Positions 57,397-64,000 of a stretch of DNA of 64,000 bases are shown here, piece after piece (positions within the stretch are counted from its first letter, which is position 1; every line of letters starts with the position of its first letter). A model generated the notes under the pieces. It did not search any database and was not told the origin of the DNA. It was given only the letters and a program-made list of their open reading frames with translations. Made by a program: the position numbers and the translations under genes. This DNA comes from Desulfatiglandales bacterium (GTDB lineage Bacteria > Desulfobacterota > DSM-4660 > Desulfatiglandales > HGW-15): positions 96,001 through 160,000 of the forward strand of contig CAXXJJ010000003.1 in assembly GCA_963667015.2 (NCBI GenBank), read 5' to 3'.

Positions 57397-57430
57397 GTCC
57401 ATCCGGATTTTTGTTCTTGTCCGGATGGAC
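57397..57430. repeat. 11-bp hairpin homologous to 40907-40953
   Basis: GTCCATCCGGA-TTTTTGTTCTTG-TCCGGATGGAC. Confidence 0.55.
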
Positions 57431-57459
57431 AAAGCTATTTACAGGAATGACTGATTATT

Positions 57460-58488
57460 TCATAATTCATCTGTTTTTACTGCTGAGAGCAGAAGCGATG
57501 GGTACGGCATCTCCTTTTCAAGATATTTTGTCCTGAATACACCGAATCCTGCGCTGCTTAATGCGGATTTCAGATCATCTTCCGGAAGTTTATGGGTCGG
57601 GTATCCCATGCTTCTTGTCATCAGCTCTATTATCGAAAGGGTGAGGTTTTTCTTTCCCTGTTTTTCAGTGGTAATATGGCTGGAGATAAAAAGGCCTCCC
57701 GGCTCCATTGACCGGTTTACCTTTTTTAAGAATTCGGAAAGAGTTCCTTCTGCATTGAGGGCATATAAAAAATGGGAACTGAAAAACAGATCATATCCGT
57801 TTCCGAATGATTCACCCGATGCAGCGTCAAAGTCATGGTATGTGATGCGGTTGTAATATTCTTCATTTTCCTTTATTTTTCGAGCCAGGTCGCACACTTC
57901 CGGTAAATCATAAACATGCGACTCCAGGTGCAGGTTTTCCTGCATGAACGCGAAAGAGAAATAACCGATACTGCCGGCGAAATCACACATTTTTTTACAC
58001 CCTGCAAACTCCGGCATTTCACCTATAAAGGAAAGGACTGCCTGGATTGCCCCGCCGTTCTGCTGCTGCTCCATATTTAAAACTCCATCTCTGCTGCTCC
58101 ACATTCTGCTGTTAAAATCAGAAGTTCCTTTTTGCAGAGTTTGTGTCAGGTTATCAAAGGGGCCTGCACTGCCGGAAAAACCTTTTGTGACACCAACAAG
58201 GCTTGCCGCCGAGCCGGACAGAAAAAAATCCTTTCCTGCTTGTGTAAGGCTGTATTTATTCTCATGCCTGGCTGCCAGTTCAACGGCGATCAGGACATCA
58301 AGCAATGCCTCGGTAAGGGGTTCAACTGTTTTCAGTCTTTGTGACAATTCCGAAAGCTGCAGCGGGTTCTGCGATAGCACTTCAAAGATATCGATCTCAA
58401 TGGCGCAATTGATAATCCCGGGCAGATAACTCTGATATAAAAGCTTCATGATACCGCTGTTGTTTGACTGTATAAAGTTTGTTGTCAT
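57460..58488 (-). CDS. O-methyltransferase (Methyltransf_2-like, N-terminal dimerisation domain)
   Basis: AIEIDIFEVL, CDFAGSIG, VYDLPEV, YDLFFSSHFL, MEPGG; GGAGG RBS before ATG 58488. Confidence 0.8.
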   Translation of the reverse strand: MTTNFIQSNNSGIMKLLYQSYLPGIINCAIEIDIFEVLSQNPLQLSELSQRLKTVEPLTEALLDVLIAVELAARHENKYSLTQAGKDFFLSGSAASLVGVTKGFSGSAGPFDNLTQTLQKGTSDFNSRMWSSRDGVLNMEQQQNGGAIQAVLSFIGEMPEFAGCKKMCDFAGSIGYFSFAFMQENLHLESHVYDLPEVCDLARKIKENEEYYNRITYHDFDAASGESFGNGYDLFFSSHFLYALNAEGTLSEFLKKVNRSMEPGGLFISSHITTEKQGKKNLTLSIIELMTRSMGYPTHKLPEDDLKSALSSAGFGVFRTKYLEKEMPYPSLLLSAVKTDEL

Positions 58489-58600
58489 ATTTGATCCTCC
58501 GATTTTGAGTAAATAATTGAATGGCAAATATTTCTGCGGAGTCATATTGCCGTATCTGTAAATCATCCTGCATATTAAGGGATTTAACTTTTATGTGTTA

Positions 58601-59605
58601 TCAACTTTGGCTCCAAAAAATACTGGGAGATGTTCCGAACTGCTTTTTAAACGCCTGTGAAAAGTGGCTGATGCTTTCATACCCTACCGCATATGCTGTC
58701 TCGGTTACATTAAGACCGTTCATGAGCATCTCCCTGGCCTTTAAAAGACGTTCGTTGCGCAGAAATTCAAAGACTGTCATGCCGTACATCTGCCTGAAGC
58801 ACCCGTTCAGCTTGGGAGACGACATGCCCGCCTTTCGGGCCAGGTCCTGAAGTCCGGGCGTAATTTCGATGTTATCGGAAAGATAATTCCTGACTGTTTC
58901 AATCTGTTTCCGGTCATTGGGGTGCAGGGGTTTTCCTGGTTCATTATGCCTGAGACCAGCTTCTGAAAAATAGTCAAGCTGGTAGGATATCAGTTCAAGT
59001 GCACGGCTTTCCAAAAACAGTTTTCGTGATATCCCCTTAAATGGACATTTCAGCATCTGCAACAGTGCCTCGCGCATGGCAGGAGTTATTGTCCGAATGC
59101 GGTAAAAGGGATCTTTGTTTTTGTTCTCAAGAATTTTTCGCATGTCCTGATGTATTGAACCCATGTCCGTATCAAAATAGGAGCGAAGCCTGTCAGGGGA
59201 AACGGCAATGCCTACCTGGCATATGGGTATGTCGGCGGAAATGGTGCTGTAGCCTTTAAAATCGGGAGAGTAAAAAATGCCCTGGTTTCCACTTGATATT
59301 TCAAAGGGATATTTTTGACTGTCATAAAAGGATCGGGATTTTCCTGATAAGCAGAAGCTGAAGGAAAAAACTTCGGGATATTCATCAACCAGAAAACGAA
59401 TATCCTTTTCTATCATACAGTCGGCCATCCAAATCTCAAAACCCGGGCCTATATTAATTACATTAATTTTGAAATTGCCATAGTCGCCGGACACATTCCA
59501 GCTTTGTTCAAACTGATCAAGGGAGTTTTTGTCAATATTTAATCCTGCCTTGGAACGAAATCCGTCCTTAGGGTTATAAAAAATATTTCCAGTCCTGGGT
59601 ATCAT
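58601..59605 (-). CDS. AraC-family regulator, PchR-like
   Basis: LFLESRALEL, NVTETAYAVGYESISHFSQAFKKQFG. Confidence 0.9.
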   Translation of the reverse strand: MIPRTGNIFYNPKDGFRSKAGLNIDKNSLDQFEQSWNVSGDYGNFKINVINIGPGFEIWMADCMIEKDIRFLVDEYPEVFSFSFCLSGKSRSFYDSQKYPFEISSGNQGIFYSPDFKGYSTISADIPICQVGIAVSPDRLRSYFDTDMGSIHQDMRKILENKNKDPFYRIRTITPAMREALLQMLKCPFKGISRKLFLESRALELISYQLDYFSEAGLRHNEPGKPLHPNDRKQIETVRNYLSDNIEITPGLQDLARKAGMSSPKLNGCFRQMYGMTVFEFLRNERLLKAREMLMNGLNVTETAYAVGYESISHFSQAFKKQFGTSPSIFWSQS

Positions 59606-59611
59606 ACTGCT

Positions 59612-60316
59612 TTACCCTCTTTTATCCAGTTCAAACTCTATATCTATTTCCACCCATGTGTCCACTTTTTCACCATCCTTGATGCCGGGTGTGAACAGCC
59701 AGCGGGCAACACTCTGCCTTGTAACCTCGTCAAAGATTTTCTTTGGAATGGATTTTACAATACTTATATCCTCCACTCTCCCTTCTCTTGTTACCAGGAA
59801 TCGAACTGATACAACCCCTTCTATCCTTTCACGTTTTGCATGGTATGGATAAACGGGCGCCATTTGATTTCTGATTACCGGTGCAGTATCTATCTCATCA
59901 AGGGTAAAACCTACTTTAAAATCAAATTCTGGCACCTCAACTTCATACTGGAGGCTGCCCGGGATCTTTATGCCACCCATTACATCGGCGTGAAGCAGTT
60001 CAATGCCTGCTCTCGGCTGCTGTATGCTTTTTCTTTTAACCTGGTTTTTTTCCCTGATTTCATGTCTTTCTTCCATTTCAGGATCTGGCGGAGGCGGGGG
60101 CTCCTTTAAACTAACCATGACACCCGGTTCTTTTCTTATCTTTTTTACGCCCTTTCCTGACTCTGATAGATATGTCATTACATTAAAAAGAACCGCTGTA
60201 ACAGATACCGCAATTATTAACTGGGTTAAATGGCTTGCTATATTGTGTTTTGTTGATAGTCTGATCATTTCTTTTCTATTCATCCATAATTTCTTAAGAT
60301 AGTGCATCGTTGGCAT
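59612..60316 (-). CDS. tonB: Energy transducer TonB
   Basis: Single TM, EPPPPPDP, PVYPYHAKRERIEGVVSVRFLV..G.V..W.F.PG; exact start uncertain. Confidence 0.88.
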   Translation of the reverse strand: MPTMHYLKKLWMNRKEMIRLSTKHNIASHLTQLIIAVSVTAVLFNVMTYLSESGKGVKKIRKEPGVMVSLKEPPPPPDPEMEERHEIREKNQVKRKSIQQPRAGIELLHADVMGGIKIPGSLQYEVEVPEFDFKVGFTLDEIDTAPVIRNQMAPVYPYHAKRERIEGVVSVRFLVTREGRVEDISIVKSIPKKIFDEVTRQSVARWLFTPGIKDGEKVDTWVEIDIEFELDKRG

Positions 60317-60372
60317 GTATCCTTCTCTGCCTGGTCCGGCAGAGAAGGATACACCCAATTGAAAAAAATTTA

Positions 60373-62511
60373 TTAAAAGGTTATTTTTATTCCTGCATAA
60401 AGAGATCTTCCACGTAATGGAGCATATATATAGCCGACATCATATGCGCCTTCCGAATCGTAAAATAGAGGAGAATCTTCATCTTCAGCCTGGGTGTAGT
60501 CAAGCAGGTTCTTGACTCCCGCATATAAACTCATATATTTGCTCAACTCTTTTGAGATTCTCATGTTGACCTCAAAATAGCTCGGGGCGTCGGTCGTTTT
60601 TAAGTCGCTTGCCTGGCCCGTGGTTTCGTCATATACGTTATAGCCTTCATATCCGTAGTCGGTAAGATCCCGTGAGGCTATCCAGTAGATGTTTGAGTTA
60701 AAGTCCCACCCTGCACGGTTTATATCAAAGGAACATCCCAGACGGGTCTCAATAGGTGCAATACCGAATGTTGATTTGTATGAATCGCTCATGGCGTAAT
60801 GTTCAACACTGGCGCCTAAAATAAGCCAATCGGTCATCTTATAGCTTCCTGACAGATCAAAGGCCGTTACATCGCCTTTTTCATCTGAATTTATAAGGGT
60901 AGGCCTCTCATAACTGTCAGAGTCTATGGTGGCGAGGTTTTCTACTTCAGTATAATTAATACCTATGGTTGCTGCCCATCGTTCATCCGAATAGTTCAGA
61001 CTGTATCCGGCAGACCAGGATTTTTCCAGGTCTGTGATCAGGATATTAAATCCTTCCTCCAGTATTCCGTGTTCGGATTCAAAAAAGGTTAGCGGCGCCC
61101 TGTAGCCCCTTCCTGCTGAGATACGGGATGAAAGACGGGGTGTGTGATTCCATCTTAAATGTGCGCGGGGGGCGATAATGGTTTCGTTTATCTCATCACC
61201 TGTGGTTGTCTGTCCTGTCCAGTCAACCGCGATCTTGTCTGCACGCAGGGCTGTAAGGAGTTCAATATCATTATTTATCTGCCATGAGTCCTGGATAAAT
61301 ATACCATGGGCAGTGTAGTCATAGTCGTCAGGTATAAGGTTAGGGTCGGACTCTACCTGGACGGAATCAGCATCAAGTTCCTCTGATTTTGTACTTATTC
61401 CACCTGTGATAAGGTGATTGCCGGCAGAATAATTAATTTTAATGTTTCCATAATATGCCGGGACCTCGTTACGATAGTCAAAACCCTCGTACACCGAATC
61501 CTGGGTATGTTTGGAGTAACTGGCCGTAGCCGAAAAATTTGTGCGGTTGTTGATCTCCCTGAGCCATGTGCCTGCGAATTCCTCCCTTTCAGTGAGGATA
61601 TATTCGCATGTTCCCAGCTTTGCTCCTGTATAAGGCAGCCTTACATCACCGTTAACAAAGGATGGATCACCCGGATCCTGGAGAACGGAATTATAATTAT
61701 CCGACATGTATCCTCCATGGACATCGGATTTTATATGTGTCACCCTGAACTGCAGCTGGCTTGAATCAGAAAAGTCATAAAAGGTTTTTAGGGTAAGGGT
61801 TGAGTTTTGAAGACGCGGGGCCTCATTAACCAGGTTGTTATCTGCATCTTCCTGATCAATATTGTCGTACTGGGCAATGGCCAGTATGGCCAGTTTTTCG
61901 TCCGGGGTCACGGCCGTTCCAACGATAGAATACTTTTGATAGCCCTCGCTGCCCATGGATATATCACTCATTAATCCGTTTTTTTCCGGCTTGTCAAAGA
62001 TCATGTTTATGGTTCCGCCTATTGCCTCAGGTGAAAGCAGTGACGGGCCGGCACCCCTGGCTATTTCAATACGGCTTACACCTGCTGTTGCCAGTGCATC
62101 CATGCCGTAATAACTTGATACAACCGAATGCATGGGGACTCCGTCGATCAGTACTGTAGTGTGTTCCCCTTTGAGACCATTAATCATAATTCGCTTGATT
62201 CCGCACATGGAGCACTCTGTGTTCACTGTTATTCCGGGTTCTTCCTTGATCAGCTCAAAGAGGCTTCCTGCCTGTTTAATCTCGATGTCTTCAGATGTGA
62301 TAATCTGGGTCTTCTCTATCACATCCTTTAGTAAGCCCTGCCTTCTTAATCGTTCTTCAAGTGATTTTACCTTTAAAGGTTCAAGTTTTATTGTTTTCTT
62401 GTTTTCGGTCTCTGTGTTTTCTTCTGCAATGATTTGTCCTGTCCCTGTAATTAGAAACATGAGCGTTGATGTCATAATCAGTGTCTTAATCTTATTGAAA
62501 CCTATATTCAT
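60373..62511 (-). CDS. TonB-dependent receptor with CxxC in plug domain
   Basis: TECSMCG, RIEIARGAGPSL, C-terminal TF. Confidence 0.9.
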   Translation of the reverse strand: MNIGFNKIKTLIMTSTLMFLITGTGQIIAEENTETENKKTIKLEPLKVKSLEERLRRQGLLKDVIEKTQIITSEDIEIKQAGSLFELIKEEPGITVNTECSMCGIKRIMINGLKGEHTTVLIDGVPMHSVVSSYYGMDALATAGVSRIEIARGAGPSLLSPEAIGGTINMIFDKPEKNGLMSDISMGSEGYQKYSIVGTAVTPDEKLAILAIAQYDNIDQEDADNNLVNEAPRLQNSTLTLKTFYDFSDSSQLQFRVTHIKSDVHGGYMSDNYNSVLQDPGDPSFVNGDVRLPYTGAKLGTCEYILTEREEFAGTWLREINNRTNFSATASYSKHTQDSVYEGFDYRNEVPAYYGNIKINYSAGNHLITGGISTKSEELDADSVQVESDPNLIPDDYDYTAHGIFIQDSWQINNDIELLTALRADKIAVDWTGQTTTGDEINETIIAPRAHLRWNHTPRLSSRISAGRGYRAPLTFFESEHGILEEGFNILITDLEKSWSAGYSLNYSDERWAATIGINYTEVENLATIDSDSYERPTLINSDEKGDVTAFDLSGSYKMTDWLILGASVEHYAMSDSYKSTFGIAPIETRLGCSFDINRAGWDFNSNIYWIASRDLTDYGYEGYNVYDETTGQASDLKTTDAPSYFEVNMRISKELSKYMSLYAGVKNLLDYTQAEDEDSPLFYDSEGAYDVGYIYAPLRGRSLYAGIKITF

Positions 62512-62732
62512 TATATCCTCCTATAATAGTTAAAAGACCCCAAAAAAAATAGAATGCTCTAATAAAAACCCCAAAAAAATATGGCTGATAATATTCCTTC
62601 TGAATTTACAATGTCAGCAGCAAGTGCAAACTAAAATTTTCAGCCATATAAAGACATTAATTTAAGATACTCAGTTAAATATAATAATGTCTATTATTTC
62701 CTAATTGCTCTAAATATTAAGCGAATAAAAGG

Positions 62733-62788
62733 TTAGAGCTTTCTAATAATGTGAGTGCACACTAAAATAAATTGGTAAGAATTGTCAA
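62733..62788 (-). promoter_or_regulatory. Promoter with tandem DtxR-type boxes
   Basis: TTAGAGCTTTCTAA 62733-62746, TGAGTGCACACTAA 62752-62765 (+19), TTGACA on minus strand 62783-62788. Confidence 0.72.
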
Positions 62789-62842
62789 GTCTTTTTATGA
62801 GCAGTAAAAATTAATGGATATTAATAGGAGAAATAAAAATAC

Positions 62843-62898
62843 TTGACATATTATATATAGGGGATATAGAAGAGGCTAATGAAATTAGCCTGATCTAA
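62843..62898 (+). promoter_or_regulatory. Promoter with tandem DtxR-type boxes
   Basis: TTGACA 62843-62848, ATAGAAGAGGCTAA 62866-62879, TTAGCCTGATCTAA 62885-62898 (+19). Confidence 0.75.
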
Positions 62899-62942
62899 TT
62901 TAAGGTTTTAAAAGTAGATTCAATGCAAAAAAGGAGAATAAA

Positions 62943-64000
62943 ATGGTGACTACTGACTCTTTGCTAAAAAATGTAATGAAACGCTTAAATGAAAACACAA
63001 ACAATAATATATCTTCGATGACGATACCTGATTTTAATTCGGTACTGTCCTCTAATACTGTTACTGTTTTGGAGAAAAAAATAAAACATGTGTGGGAGGT
63101 TGACAGGCACCTTTGCTGCCCATTGATTGGCGGATGTCTGACAATAGAAGAACATAAAAAAGTCCTTAACAAGGCAGGTGTTTCAACCGGCAAAAAAAGA
63201 CCATATGAACTGCACAATATAATCATGTGTAATCTTGATGACAAAAACAGGGTATCTCAAAAGGTTGATAATTTTTTAAGATATAAATATCGGAAAGAAA
63301 TACCAAGTCTGAGAATTCTTGACGAAGGTGAATTTCTAAAAAAATGGAACCGCTCTATGGAAACAGGGGGAATGGAATCGATTTATTTTGTAGCTGCCGT
63401 AAGGAATGATTTGAGCAGCAAGATCATAGAGCAGATATTCGGTGATGTACATATGATAAACCATATAAATCTACATGAAATCAACAGGGTTAAGAAGCGT
63501 GTTACCATGCATGAAAAGACAAATGTAAAGCTGGCGCGATTGTTTCAGCAGCAGAAAAAGAAAAACATTAGTCTGAAAAAGGAAATGTCAGTATTAAAAA
63601 ATTCAATAACTGATTTAGCAAATATTAATAGAACGCTTAAGAATCTGGCAAAGATAAATAACTGTGACAGTAAGGAAATTATAAGGTTAAGGAACCGAAA
63701 TCATGAATTTAAAAATAGAATAGCTCAGCTGGAAAAGCAAGCCTCCCGCCTCTCCTCCTGTAATAAAGGACTTGAAAGGGATAACAAAAAGCTGGAGGAA
63801 AAAAATAATAACCTTGAATCATTTAATCATCAGTTGGCCGAAGAAATAAAAATTATCGCCGATGCAGCACCATGTATTAATAAAAGAGAATCATGCCGCG
63901 GCAGAGATTGTCCTAAATTATCATTTTGTCCGGGTAGGATACTTATTGTTGGCGGAAGAACAAGGATGAAACAACATTATAAAAATCTTATTGAAGCATA
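62943..64000 (+). CDS. DUF2325-domain coiled-coil protein (3' truncated, absent from ORF track)
   Basis: AGGAG RBS; MVTTDSLLK..WEVDRHLCCPLIGGCL..FGDVHMINH, long coiled coil, Cys cluster, then RILIVGG; frame open to window end. Confidence 0.75.
   Translation, partial: MVTTDSLLKNVMKRLNENTNNNISSMTIPDFNSVLSSNTVTVLEKKIKHVWEVDRHLCCPLIGGCLTIEEHKKVLNKAGVSTGKKRPYELHNIIMCNLDDKNRVSQKVDNFLRYKYRKEIPSLRILDEGEFLKKWNRSMETGGMESIYFVAAVRNDLSSKIIEQIFGDVHMINHINLHEINRVKKRVTMHEKTNVKLARLFQQQKKKNISLKKEMSVLKNSITDLANINRTLKNLAKINNCDSKEIIRLRNRNHEFKNRIAQLEKQASRLSSCNKGLERDNKKLEEKNNNLESFNHQLAEEIKIIADAAPCINKRESCRGRDCPKLSFCPGRILIVGGRTRMKQHYKNLIEA

Noticed and set aside
62531..62582. Short direct repeat TAAAA(G)ACCCCAAAAAAA twice
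   Set aside because: Only two low-complexity copies; not a CRISPR or meaningful array
1..64000. CRISPR arrays, tRNA/rRNA, transposases/integrases, siderophore biosynthesis genes, clear Fur boxes
   Set aside because: None recognised by eye in this window

Overview
A 64 kb metal (mainly iron) acquisition region, probably from an anaerobic Gram-negative deltaproteobacterium (inferred from gene content). It contains six TonB-dependent receptors, TonB, four PchR/YbtA-like AraC regulators, two Feo systems, a FecBCD-like ABC system with FmdE and TsaA/TrmO-family genes, and two MMPL + LolA-like + porin triads. It also holds six small-molecule methyltransferases, a divergent CcsA/ResB-like pair, a ParB-DNA methyltransferase fusion and a DtxR-family repressor. 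The most novel signals are non-coding. (1) A recurring 5' leader RNA, YUUAC(GG)-variable hairpin-AGUGAAGG, overlaps an intrinsic terminator in three leaders with compensatory pairing; a fourth, weaker copy precedes feoB. It is a candidate undescribed attenuator/riboswitch. (2) A TTAG-N6-CTAA DtxR-type operator occurs at most promoters, often as pairs exactly 19 bp apart. Other notable points: a 203-bp direct repeat flanking a 5.3 kb cassette, a HEXXH-to-RELAR pseudo-peptidase, and a probable non-canonical start codon. All family assignments come from motif recognition by eye; no database searches were run.
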